Below, piece by piece: positions 54,997 through 64,000 of a stretch of DNA of 64,000 bases (its first letter is position 1; each line of letters opens with the position of its first letter). The DNA comes from a bacterium (lineage in GTDB: Bacteria; UBA8248; JACPRG01; G963555815). Made by a program: the position numbers and the translations under genes. Location of the stretch: the NCBI GenBank assembly GCA_963555815.3, contig CAUVWX020000001.1:320001-384000 (forward strand), in the 5' to 3' direction. The notes under the pieces are model-generated. The model did no database searches. It was not told the origin of the DNA and was given only the letters and a program-made list of their open reading frames with translations.

Positions 54997-57582
54997 CTAC
55001 TCATCTTCTTCAATCATTTCAGTAATGACACCCGGCGGGATGCCTATCACTTCCCCTTCGCCCCCGTCAAATCTCATTAGATAGTCTCGAATGGCCCGAA
55101 TCTGTCTCTCCGCATCCCCATTCCATATATCGGTCAGGAAGCTTTCTCCTTCTGAAAAGTAGGTGGGCATCCGGGTCCCCGGCTGAACTTGCTGTGGGTC
55201 TTCCAGCCATTTCACGAGCCAGTCGGGACGAAGCCGGCGGCGGGCCAGGGAGAGGTCGGGCGCAAGATTGGCCGCCTCCTGGCCGGGGGTTTGAACATGG
55301 CACCCCAGGCATTCAAGCTCCTGGAAGATCTTTTTGCCCACCGCCACCACCCCGGGCGAGATGGCCTCCTCGTCCACAAAGACATAGGGGGCATCCTGGG
55401 TTTCATCCTGGGCGGAGAAGTATTGGACCAGGTCAGAGGCCGCCTCGTCCGTCAGGCCGAAGGTGGGCATCCGGATCTTCAGCCAGGGGCGAAGGGGAGT
55501 GGGGCTTTTCAAGAAGTCGAAGAGCCACTGGGGCTGGACCTTCTCCCCCTCTCCATCTAAGGAGGGAGGGGCGAGGGAGGCGTCCTCATAGAGCTCTTGG
55601 ATCTCTCCCCCCTTTCCTTCGATGACGTGGCACCCGACGCAGTTATAACGGGCCGCCAGTTGACGCCCTCGTTCCAGGGTCGCCTCACGGGGGGTGAGGT
55701 GGTCAAGGAACTTCTCTGGGATCTCGTCTCCGTTGAAGCCCCGAAGGAGGGTCAGGAGGGCCGTCGCCTCAGCGTCGCTCAGGTCAAAGTTCGGCATTCG
55801 CAGGATGATGCGGCCGGTGCTGAAGATCCGGGGGTTCTTGAGCTTGGCAAAGGTCCAGGCTTCCCACGTATCGGGGATGTCGAGCACGTTTCCAAAGTCG
55901 AGTTCCTCTGTCCTCTTGTTGGCGAAGGTGGTGAGCTCGACGCTTGGACGGCTGAGGTCCTCAGTCCCCTCGATGAGATGACAGGCATAACAACCCATCT
56001 GCTCGACCAGCCGCCCGCCGGCCGCCGCCTGTTGAGGGTCATGTAGCTCAGCCTCAAGAGCGGGCCTTGGGCGCGGCTCTCCCTTTGTCAGGAGGAAAGC
56101 GGTGATGGCCTGCGCCTCCTCATCGGAGAGGCGAAGGCTCGGCATCGTGGTCTCCGGGTCATAGGCCTTGGGGTCCTTTACCCAGTTCACGAGCCAGTCG
56201 GGGTTGACCTTGGCGGCCACCTGGCTGAGGTCCGGCGCGAAATCTTCCCCCTCCCCATCAACGGCGTGACACCCAAGGCAGCCCCGCTCTCGGAAGAGAA
56301 CCGCTCCCTCTGCCGCCTGCGCCTCAGGGTCCGGGCCCGGCTCAAAGTGAAGGGGCCCGGGGGGGCCCGCATCCTCGGTGGATTTCTGGAGAAAAGCGGC
56401 GATGGCCGTGGACTCTTCCTTAGTCAGACTGAAGAAGGGCATACGGGTCTTGGGCAAAAAGTCCTTCGGACGCATGATCCAAGGGGCGATCCACTCTGGA
56501 CGAAATTTCTGGCTGGATTTTAGAAGGGAGGGGCCCACCCTTTGGACATCCTCATATCCATCGATCAGATGACAACCGGTGCAGCCGAGCTCGAGGAATA
56601 GACGCTTTCCCTGGGAGACGACGGGGGCCCCCGGCATGTCCGCCACTCCCTCGTGGCACTTTCGGCAGGAAGACTCAAGGGCCGGGCCCCTCAGAAGGGG
56701 TCTCTCCCAGAACTCCACCTCTCCGTGCGCCTTTTCCAAGCTATTGAGGGCCTCACCCTGGCCTTGGTGGCAGAGCGTGCAGCCGAACTCCTCGACCGGG
56801 TGTTTCTCAAGGAGGAGCTCCCGCTGGGGATGGGTCCGGAAGGGGACGAGAAAATCATCGAAGCCCGGCCGGTCCACGGCCAAATGGCAGGTCTGACAGC
56901 GGTCGACGATGAAGACGAACTCCCCAAAGGGGTTGCGCTGAGCCCCGCGGATAACGACTTGCTGAATTTCGGGGGTCCGGTCTTGGATGGCCGTCAGGCG
57001 GCGCTCTAACCCGTCGAGCTTCTGGGTGGCCTCGCGATGCTCCGCCTCTAGATCCTTTAGGGGATCCTCCAAGAAACGAACATTTTGGCGGGTCTCATCC
57101 CGGTCGGCTGCGAGACGCGCTTCGGTCGCCTTCAGGCCCCTTATCTGTTCCTCCAGCCGGTCTACCTGGGCCCGCTCGGAGACGCCCGTGGCCCCTCCCT
57201 CCAAGGCATGTCGATACTCGTAGTACGCCTCATCCAACTCACTTCGGGTGAACTGCTTCTCGATCTCAACGTCTTGAAGCCGCCCCTGCGCCCTCCCGAG
57301 CTGTTCTTGGGCGGATAGATAATCCTCGTCATATCGGAGGGCCTCGGACTGACGGACGATCTCCTCCCCGAGCCTGGCGCTCTCCTCCCCCACTCGCCCG
57401 CGTTCCTTCTCATAGTCTCCCTCTACCTTGGCAATCTCCAGGCGGTTGAATTCCCGTTGGTATTTCTTCCAGGGACGCCGGCCTTCGATTTCGTCCCACG
57501 CCGCCCACAAGATGGCACCAAGCAGGAATAAACTGATGAAGAAGAACCGGCGTGCGAAAGAGGTGCGTTCGACGCGAGGCAT
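54997..57582 (-). CDS. Membrane-anchored multiheme cytochrome c (8 CxxCH) of a Rieske/cyt b complex
   Basis: N-terminal TM, long coiled coil; CQTCH, CTLCH, CRKCH, CTGCH, CLGCH, CYACH, CVGCH, CLGCH. Confidence 0.9.
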   Translation of the reverse strand: MPRVERTSFARRFFFISLFLLGAILWAAWDEIEGRRPWKKYQREFNRLEIAKVEGDYEKERGRVGEESARLGEEIVRQSEALRYDEDYLSAQEQLGRAQGRLQDVEIEKQFTRSELDEAYYEYRHALEGGATGVSERAQVDRLEEQIRGLKATEARLAADRDETRQNVRFLEDPLKDLEAEHREATQKLDGLERRLTAIQDRTPEIQQVVIRGAQRNPFGEFVFIVDRCQTCHLAVDRPGFDDFLVPFRTHPQRELLLEKHPVEEFGCTLCHQGQGEALNSLEKAHGEVEFWERPLLRGPALESSCRKCHEGVADMPGAPVVSQGKRLFLELGCTGCHLIDGYEDVQRVGPSLLKSSQKFRPEWIAPWIMRPKDFLPKTRMPFFSLTKEESTAIAAFLQKSTEDAGPPGPLHFEPGPDPEAQAAEGAVLFRERGCLGCHAVDGEGEDFAPDLSQVAAKVNPDWLVNWVKDPKAYDPETTMPSLRLSDEEAQAITAFLLTKGEPRPRPALEAELHDPQQAAAGGRLVEQMGCYACHLIEGTEDLSRPSVELTTFANKRTEELDFGNVLDIPDTWEAWTFAKLKNPRIFSTGRIILRMPNFDLSDAEATALLTLLRGFNGDEIPEKFLDHLTPREATLERGRQLAARYNCVGCHVIEGKGGEIQELYEDASLAPPSLDGEGEKVQPQWLFDFLKSPTPLRPWLKIRMPTFGLTDEAASDLVQYFSAQDETQDAPYVFVDEEAISPGVVAVGKKIFQELECLGCHVQTPGQEAANLAPDLSLARRRLRPDWLVKWLEDPQQVQPGTRMPTYFSEGESFLTDIWNGDAERQIRAIRDYLMRFDGGEGEVIGIPPGVITEMIEEDE

Positions 57583-57607
57583 CAGGAAACCCCTCGGCCC
57601 GCGGGCC

Positions 57608-58510
57608 TCAGATGTTGAACCAGGGGGTCACCCAGACGTATTTGATGTTAAACAAGATCCGAAGAATCATCTTGATCGGAATCGCCATCATCGTGAGGAA
57701 AAGAAAGGCCTTAATGGAATACCGGACGGCCCCCAGGTTCTCATGGCCGCCTGTCTTCAGGCGGTAGAGATACCAGAGGACGCCGAGGAAATAATATCCC
57801 GTCACGATGGAGGCCCCCGTGAGAAAAGCGCCCGAAGTCAGGAACGTGGCCGAGCTGCTCGCAAGCTCGCTCCTGAAGCCGAAGAGCTTGTCGGGGAGGT
57901 CCACGTTTGCCAGGGCCACCACCTTGTGGGGGTCCCACACTTGCCACGGCAGGAAGAAGTTCCACCCCGGACCCCGTAAAAAGACCCCATTCGTGATGAG
58001 AACGATCCAGAGAAAGAGGAACCCGAAGAGGAAGATGCTCACGGCCGACTTCCGCTCGGCGAAGGTGAAATAGCCGTTGCCTTTTGGGTTCAGGTCGATG
58101 AAAGGGATGAGCATCAGACCGAGGATGATGAGGCTCGGCAGCACCACCCCTGCGATCCAGGGGTCAAAGTAGACCAGCAACTCCTGAAGCCCCAGAAAAT
58201 ACCAGGGGGCCTTGGAGGGATTGGGGGTGACGGCGGGGTTGGCGGGCTCCTCCAGAGGGGCGTTGACCACAACGGCCCAAATGGTCAACACGATCATGAT
58301 GACCAGGGCGCAAAGGAATTCTGACCTCACGAGATAGGGCCAGACGTGGACCTTGTCCTCTTCTCGCGAGCGGCGCCGCTGTTTCACACCCATGGGGGTG
58401 CGGACGGCCGGTGTGCCCTTGGGCTGCGGGCTCGGGGCAGGAGGAGCCAGATGAGCCTTGGCCTCGGCGGCCGAATGGCCGCCGGATTTCTCTTTTTCTT
58501 CTTCAGCCAT
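57608..58510 (-). CDS. Cytochrome b C-terminal / subunit IV-like protein
   Basis: APLEEPANPAVTPNPSKAPWYFLGLQELL; multiple TMs. Confidence 0.85.
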   Translation of the reverse strand: MAEEEKEKSGGHSAAEAKAHLAPPAPSPQPKGTPAVRTPMGVKQRRRSREEDKVHVWPYLVRSEFLCALVIMIVLTIWAVVVNAPLEEPANPAVTPNPSKAPWYFLGLQELLVYFDPWIAGVVLPSLIILGLMLIPFIDLNPKGNGYFTFAERKSAVSIFLFGFLFLWIVLITNGVFLRGPGWNFFLPWQVWDPHKVVALANVDLPDKLFGFRSELASSSATFLTSGAFLTGASIVTGYYFLGVLWYLYRLKTGGHENLGAVRYSIKAFLFLTMMAIPIKMILRILFNIKYVWVTPWFNI

Positions 58511-58547
58511 CGTCCGCCTTTAGTGCCCTCTCAGAAAGGAACACTCC

Positions 58548-59324
58548 CTAAAGGGGCCCCGAGATCCCCCCGTCCTTCCGGATGCGCCAGAAGTGAACCA
58601 TCATGAGAAGGCTCGCGATGATGGGGATGACGATGCAGTGAAGGACGTAAAACCGCAAGAGGGATGGGGGGCCCACCAGCGTCCCGCCCGTGAGGAGGGC
58701 GCGGGCGTCAACGCGTGGGGTCACGCCCACTAAATCTGCAAAGGGTCCCTCGTGGCCCAAGAAGGGCGTCGACCTGGCCATATTAGTCCCCACCGTCACC
58801 GCCCAGATAGAGAGCTGATCCCAGGGAAGCAGATAACCCGTGAAACTCAAGAGCAGGGTGAAGGTGAGAAGCAGAACCCCAATGACCCAGTTAAACTCCC
58901 TGGGAGGTTTGTAGGACCCCGTCATGAAGACCCGAAACATGTGTAGCCAGACGGAAATCACCATCCCATGGGCCGCCCAGCGATGCATATTCCGCATCAG
59001 CATCCCAAAGGGGGCGTCAAATTCCAGATACTTCAAGTCGGCATAAGCAAACTCCCCCACCGGCCGGTAATAGAACATGAGGGCGACGCCAGTCACCACC
59101 GTGACCAGAAACATAAGGAAGGTGATCCCCCCCATGCACCAGGTGAACCGGACCCGAAGGGCATGGCGGCGAATCTTGGCCGGATGGAGGTGGAGCCACA
59201 CATTGTTTGCGACCTGGAGGACCCGGTTCCGCGAGGTATCGGCATAGCCGTGCCGGAACATGGACTTCCAGACGTAGGACTCGAAGACCTTTTTACCAAT
59301 GTCGTTCAGAATCGGCATGGACAC
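58548..59324 (-). CDS. petB: Cytochrome b6-type N-terminal subunit
   Basis: WCMGG, RNMHRWAAH..V..VWLHM, YKPPREFNW, TGYLLPWDQ, RFYVLH...HF. Confidence 0.88.
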   Translation of the reverse strand: MSMPILNDIGKKVFESYVWKSMFRHGYADTSRNRVLQVANNVWLHLHPAKIRRHALRVRFTWCMGGITFLMFLVTVVTGVALMFYYRPVGEFAYADLKYLEFDAPFGMLMRNMHRWAAHGMVISVWLHMFRVFMTGSYKPPREFNWVIGVLLLTFTLLLSFTGYLLPWDQLSIWAVTVGTNMARSTPFLGHEGPFADLVGVTPRVDARALLTGGTLVGPPSLLRFYVLHCIVIPIIASLLMMVHFWRIRKDGGISGPL

Positions 59325-59343
59325 ACCTTAAGCCCCAAAAGCT

Positions 59344-59883
59344 TTAGGCCCTCAGAAAGGCCTCGGGATCTAACCACTCTCCCTTTTCCTTGCGGAATCT
59401 CTTGGCCTTGTCGACGACGATGGTCCCCTCTTCATTCAAGGTGATCTTGACCCGCTCGAGGGGCCTGGGGGCGGGGCCCTCGAAGTTCACCCCGTCCCGA
59501 GTAAATCCGCTCCCATGACAGGGGCACTTGAACTTGTTCCCGGATCGAAGCCAATTGGGCGTGCAGCCAAGATGGGTGCACACGGCCAAGAGGGCATAAA
59601 AACCCTCCTGCTCGCGGACGATCCAGACTCTATTGGAGAGCTTAAACTTCTCGCTTACCTCGCCCATGACGAACTCGGAGGGTTTTCCCGCCTTGAAGAA
59701 AGTAGAGGGCTCAAAGAGAACCCGGGGATACATGTAGCGGACGGTCCCCAGGGCGCCGATCCCCAGGGCCGCAAAGAAGGCCCCCCAGGCGGCCACGGAG
59801 AAGAGGTGGCGCCGCGTGAACTCATCTCGCTCCCGCCTCACGCCGGACGGGGGGAACTTGGCCTTCTGGGCGGCCTCCGTCAC
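59344..59883 (-). CDS. petC: Rieske iron-sulfur subunit
   Basis: Tat motif TRRHLF, CTHLGC and CPCHGS, GPAPRPL. Confidence 0.9.
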   Translation of the reverse strand: MTEAAQKAKFPPSGVRRERDEFTRRHLFSVAAWGAFFAALGIGALGTVRYMYPRVLFEPSTFFKAGKPSEFVMGEVSEKFKLSNRVWIVREQEGFYALLAVCTHLGCTPNWLRSGNKFKCPCHGSGFTRDGVNFEGPAPRPLERVKITLNEEGTIVVDKAKRFRKEKGEWLDPEAFLRA

Positions 59884-60213
59884 CTCGCTTCCCCTAGGGT
59901 AGGGATCCGTCTAACCTGTGCAAAAATTCACAAACTTCGAGCCAAAAAAACCTTCTCTCCCTCCCTGCAGGAGGTGAAAAGGCTCCGTTGACAACGTTCA
60001 CTGGAATCGTTCGCAGGACCAAGGAAGAACCGCCCAAAATATTCAATCACCATCTCGCTGCATCAACTGCACAACACCCTACTTCTTAAAACTATAAGGC
60101 ACCCTGACACCTTGTCAATTCTTTTTTCTCAGGCGGGCACAAGAGGGTTGCGCCACTTCTCATACCCCTTTGCCTCCGGGTCAATCCATCCATCGCCCTG
60201 CGTCATCTGAGCC

Positions 60214-61257
60214 CTACGAGACTGTTCCCGATTCCGTCGGCCCAGCCACAGGAAAGGACCGCGCCTCCCCCTTTTCGACGGCGGATTTCCCCCAAACGTT
60301 CACGCCGCTTCCAATGATGAGGTTATGTTGCAGGGCCCAGTCATAAAGCCGGCCGGTCTTTAGGGAACCATGAAGCACTCTTGTCTCTTGAAAACCGGCC
60401 TCCTGGAACCAGCCCAGCACCTCTTCTTCCGTGTGGTGGAACTGATAACGTGGAGAGTACCAGTCAAAATTGTCGCAACGGCGGATCCGAAAGTCGGGAT
60501 GTGTCGAGAGGCAGAGGAGCTTGCTGAGAACCGTCCGAAGCCCAGGGATCCCTCCCAGAACGGCCCCCCCGAAGGCGAGGCCGCGAAGGGCTGGATCCCC
60601 AAGGCGGATCGTGATGGCCCGGGCCGCCGAGTTCAGGGCCTCCTGGAAGGCCCAATTTCTTCGGTAAAGCCAGATGGCCATCTCCCCACCCTGCCTCAGG
60701 AGGGGGGCGAGTGCCCGAAAGGCCTGGCGGGTGTCCGGCGTATGGTCGAGGACGCCAATAGAGAAGATGCGGTCAAAGAGGTTTGGGCGGAAGGGGTGCC
60801 GGACGAGGTCTCCCTGAATCACGTGGACCTTCGGCAGTCCCCGGCAGACCTCCCTCGCCTTCTCGACAGCCGCACTTCCGTCCACGGCCAGTATCTCGGC
60901 CCCGAGTTCCGCCGCCTGGACGGCATAGCGCCCGCTCCCGCAGCCGGCGTCGAGGACGAGGGCACCTCGAAGCCCCTCAGGGTGAAACCCGGTCTTTGCG
61001 AAAAAGGTCGCCCGGTCCTCATCGGGCCTCTGGACTTCGTACCGCTGCCACTGGATCCCAAAGCTTTCGGTGTAGCCTTCGAAATCTTCGGGCAAGAGCC
61101 GGGGGATCCCCCTCAGGATGGGATAGCGCGCCCCACAGACCCCACAGGGGAGAATTCCTCGCTCGATCTCCCCACGGTTGTCCTCTTGGATCTCCGGAGG
61201 GAGAAAGGAGTTGTGGCAGCGGGGACAAGCCAACCAGTCCAGGATCTTAGGCTTCAT
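60214..61257 (-). CDS. Trm112-like zinc domain plus class I SAM methyltransferase
   Basis: LACPRC...CGVCGARYPILRGIPR; VLDAGCGSGR; GVLDHTP. Confidence 0.85.
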   Translation of the reverse strand: MKPKILDWLACPRCHNSFLPPEIQEDNRGEIERGILPCGVCGARYPILRGIPRLLPEDFEGYTESFGIQWQRYEVQRPDEDRATFFAKTGFHPEGLRGALVLDAGCGSGRYAVQAAELGAEILAVDGSAAVEKAREVCRGLPKVHVIQGDLVRHPFRPNLFDRIFSIGVLDHTPDTRQAFRALAPLLRQGGEMAIWLYRRNWAFQEALNSAARAITIRLGDPALRGLAFGGAVLGGIPGLRTVLSKLLCLSTHPDFRIRRCDNFDWYSPRYQFHHTEEEVLGWFQEAGFQETRVLHGSLKTGRLYDWALQHNLIIGSGVNVWGKSAVEKGEARSFPVAGPTESGTVS

Positions 61258-61317
61258 ACAAACACTAGAGGATGAGACAGACGAGGTGGATGGGGCACTT
61301 GGGCAGTCCGTCCACCA

Positions 61318-62580
61318 CTAAGACCGTTCTCCATAAGGGCCGTCCCCGTCTGGAGAGAGGAATTTGGATCCCTTCGGGACTTTTTGGGCGAGGGCCAAAA
61401 GCCCCCCCACCTCCTGGTCCAGGATCTGGGGGAGGTCAAAGCGGGCTTGAACCTCCGCCCTTGCCGCCTGGCCCAGGCCGTCCGCCAGCTTTCGATCGGC
61501 CACCAGACGTTCAATGGCCGCCGACACGGCCTCGGGGCGCAATGAGACAAGAAGGCCCGTCTCGCCGTCCCGAATGACGTTGCGAAGGAACGGAAGGTCC
61601 GAAACCACACAGGGGAGCCCGCAGCTCATGGCCTCCAGGAGCGCCTTTGGGTGACCTTCCAGGAGGGAGGGCAATACGAAGATATTGGCCCGCTGATATT
61701 CTCGGTGCAGATCTCCGTGGGGGACAACGCCGGGCATCTCCAGGCGAAGACCCATAGACCGGCCCATCTCCTCGAGGGCGTTTCGCTCAGCTCCGTCTCC
61801 GATCAGCCGGACTGTCACCGGCCACGGAAGACGCGCAACCGCCGACAGAAGGAGTTTTAGATTCTTCTGGGGCGAGAGTCTCCCCACGAAAAGGAGAACC
61901 GGGCCCCCTTCGGCAGAAATTTCTGCTCGCACGCCATCCCCCGGGGGGCTGAAGCGGCGGGTATCCACGCCGTTAGGACAGAAGAGGATGCGCTTTCCAG
62001 GGTGCCGGGACTTCACCTCTTGTGCAAGCTGGGGCGCCGTGACGATGATCGCCTCAAAGAGGCGAAGGGCCCACTTCGTCCGGAGGCGAAAGAGGAACTG
62101 GCGAAACCAGCCAGCCCCCTCAATCCGGGCGTGGGCGTCGTAGAGATAGCCGTAAGTCCCCACCACGGGAATCCGGTAGAGGAGCCTCGCCAGGCAGGCC
62201 GGGACCTCGCCCGTCAGCTGGAGCACCCGAAGAACGTCGCACTCCCGAAAGGCCTTTCGGTGAACAATGGGCATCCAGAAGGCGTAGAGCCAGCGGTGGA
62301 GCCCGCTGGAATTTCCCAGAATCTCGGCCCCGTGATAGGAGCCCCCTTCCCGGCCGTACGAGAAAAAAACCACCCGGTCGAAGGATTTCAGGTAGCGTGA
62401 CAGGTAGTAGCCCAGGCGGTCCGCCTGGCCCGTTGAGGCGTAGCTCGCAAGGCTCCCCCCCTGTTCAGGAAGGACGCCGATGACAAGCCCCCTGGCAGGA
62501 CTCACACCGCGCTCCTTTCCTTGGGGCGAACAACCTCGGCCTTCCCACTCGCCTGCTATGGGGACTTCTCTCGTTCTCAT
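61318..62580 (-). CDS. Glycosyltransferase family 4
   Basis: PNGVD, FVGRLSPQKN, FVLPSLLEGHPKALLEAMSCG; start uncertain. Confidence 0.9.
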   Translation of the reverse strand: MRTREVPIAGEWEGRGCSPQGKERGVSPARGLVIGVLPEQGGSLASYASTGQADRLGYYLSRYLKSFDRVVFFSYGREGGSYHGAEILGNSSGLHRWLYAFWMPIVHRKAFRECDVLRVLQLTGEVPACLARLLYRIPVVGTYGYLYDAHARIEGAGWFRQFLFRLRTKWALRLFEAIIVTAPQLAQEVKSRHPGKRILFCPNGVDTRRFSPPGDGVRAEISAEGGPVLLFVGRLSPQKNLKLLLSAVARLPWPVTVRLIGDGAERNALEEMGRSMGLRLEMPGVVPHGDLHREYQRANIFVLPSLLEGHPKALLEAMSCGLPCVVSDLPFLRNVIRDGETGLLVSLRPEAVSAAIERLVADRKLADGLGQAARAEVQARFDLPQILDQEVGGLLALAQKVPKGSKFLSPDGDGPYGERS

Positions 62581-62876
62581 TCCGAATCACTCAAACCAAA
62601 GACCCCACACAGGAATCGGGTCAGTGACCGCCTTTTACACCTTCTTAACGGGCAGGGCAACGGATTCTACGCCGTCGCCCGGAGGTCAAAAAGGACTTGA
62701 CCCTGCCAAAGAAGGAAGAGATAAGAGAACTCGTCTTTTTTAGAAGATGTCCTTTCCCGTGGATGGCTTGCCCTGTTCGGTCCTTCTTAAACTGAGGGGG
62801 ATCCCCCCCTCAGTTTCGGGAACCCTGAGATTTGGACCGACTCAGAATCCGTCGACATCCGATAGGTAGCGATTAG

Positions 62877-64000
62877 ATGTCGCCTGAAGACGCCCAAAGG
62901 AGGGGTTTTCTCCTCCTTTTCATCGCTACTTGGCTTTTTCTTTATACCCTTTTTCCCCAGTGGTCCCTCCCGGTATCGTCTGGCCTCAAGGGAGGAATCT
63001 TCGCCGCCTACCTCGTCTATTTCGCTGCCAATGGACTTCTCCTCTGGTTCCTCTTAAAAAAGGAATCTTTCTCTGAGCCACAAGGGGAACGCGAGGCAGG
63101 GTTCTTCATCCGCCTTCGAGGGAATCGGTCTCTCCTTCTCCTTTTGGGGCTGGCCTTTGTCCTCCACCTCATCTTCGCCCTGACCCTGCCTGAGAATTTT
63201 TATGGTACTGACGAGGAGTATCACCTCTACACCTCCACGATGATCGTCCACAAGTTCGACACTCTACTGGCAAGGGCTCGGCCCTTCTCCTTTGTGTGGG
63301 CCCTTCGAGGGGTGGTCTTGGTGGTAGCCCTCGCGGCGTTCCTCGGGCTTCGGCGAGGATGGCCATCTTTTCGAAACAGGGTTCTTCGCCTGGTGAGCTT
63401 GCCAGGGGGGATAGGCGCGGGGCTCCTTGTGGTCGGCTCCTTCCTCCTCATTCTTCTTTCTGGCATCCCGGTGCCGTCAGACCTCTTTGAATACCCTCCC
63501 ATGGGAAAGCTCCTTTACCTCGGGTCTTTTGCATTCTTCCAGGTCAATGTGGTCTCGGCCCGACTCGTTCAGATCGGCTTCGCGCTGGCCAGTGGAGTGG
63601 TGGTCTATGAGCTCACCCGGCTCTACCGTGACGGGCAGACGGGAACCCTCGCAGCCGGCATCTTCCTCTTTTCCCCCGCCGTTTTCTTCTTCGGTCATAT
63701 GGCCGATCTGGAGTCCGGGGTGGTCTTCTTCCTGCTTTTGACGGCCTACTGGTTTCTCAGGCACGAAAAGAGCGGGCAAACGCGAGACCTTCTTTGGGCC
63801 ATGTACTTCGTGGGACTGGGCTACAACTACAAGCCGGTGGTGGTCTATGTCTTCTTTGTCTTCTGGGCCTTCTGGCTCCTGACGCGTCTGAGATCCCTCT
63901 CCCCGGAGAGCCTGCGAGGCCTTCTGCGCCTCATCTCTTATAGCTGGGTGGGCGTGGTCCCCATCCTCCCCGGCCTCTTACAGAACGTCAATTTTTCATC
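62877..64000 (+). CDS. Polytopic membrane protein, GT39/ArnT-like (runs off right edge)
   Basis: Manual translation: MSPEDAQRRGFLLLF...GTDEEYH...YPPMGK...ARLVQ...FSPAVFFFGHMADLESG...YK; open to the window end. Confidence 0.7.
   Translation, partial: MSPEDAQRRGFLLLFIATWLFLYTLFPQWSLPVSSGLKGGIFAAYLVYFAANGLLLWFLLKKESFSEPQGEREAGFFIRLRGNRSLLLLLGLAFVLHLIFALTLPENFYGTDEEYHLYTSTMIVHKFDTLLARARPFSFVWALRGVVLVVALAAFLGLRRGWPSFRNRVLRLVSLPGGIGAGLLVVGSFLLILLSGIPVPSDLFEYPPMGKLLYLGSFAFFQVNVVSARLVQIGFALASGVVVYELTRLYRDGQTGTLAAGIFLFSPAVFFFGHMADLESGVVFFLLLTAYWFLRHEKSGQTRDLLWAMYFVGLGYNYKPVVVYVFFVFWAFWLLTRLRSLSPESLRGLLRLISYSWVGVVPILPGLLQNVNFS

Noticed and set aside
59916..59932. Rex/CRP-like palindrome CTGTGCAAAATTCACAA upstream of the Rieske gene
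   Set aside because: Spacing is one base short of the Rex and CRP consensus; not supportable alone.
62789..62816. Hairpin AAACTGAGGGGG-ATCC-CCCCCTCAGTTT between divergent glycosyltransferase genes
   Set aside because: Single copy with only a short U tail; no evidence for a repeat family or a defined function.

Overview
GC-rich bacterial chromosome segment from a diderm organism; the gene content would fit a Nitrospinota/Tectomicrobia/delta-like lineage, but this is unverified. Most of the window is housekeeping: hisZ, hisC, a sigma-70 factor, trmB, yebC, ispH, a complete rRNA operon (16S-tRNA-Ile-tRNA-Ala-23S-5S, minus strand), tyrS, HU, scpAB-rluB, selA-selB, ltaE, rpsU, a bactofilin, a Rieske/cytochrome b6-type operon with an 8-heme cytochrome c, and glycosyltransferases. 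An eroded accessory region of about 11-13 kb lies downstream of tRNA-Thr(CGT) (~8.8-22.3 kb). Its most striking part is a 2465-bp IS1-like transposon (19485-21949) with perfect 22-bp terminal inverted repeats. It carries a small basic KGG-type protein and a three-gene cargo (DUF3467-like, HicB-like, HicA-like; possibly a toxin-antitoxin-chaperone module). It has inserted into the equivalent small gene of an older relative of the same element family, whose end in turn truncated a WD40 paralog. Other oddities are a porin paralog with a single in-frame TGA, a 27-bp perfect inverted repeat covering a cytochrome c start codon, and deletion-fused defence gene remnants. All family assignments come from motif recognition by eye, not database searches.
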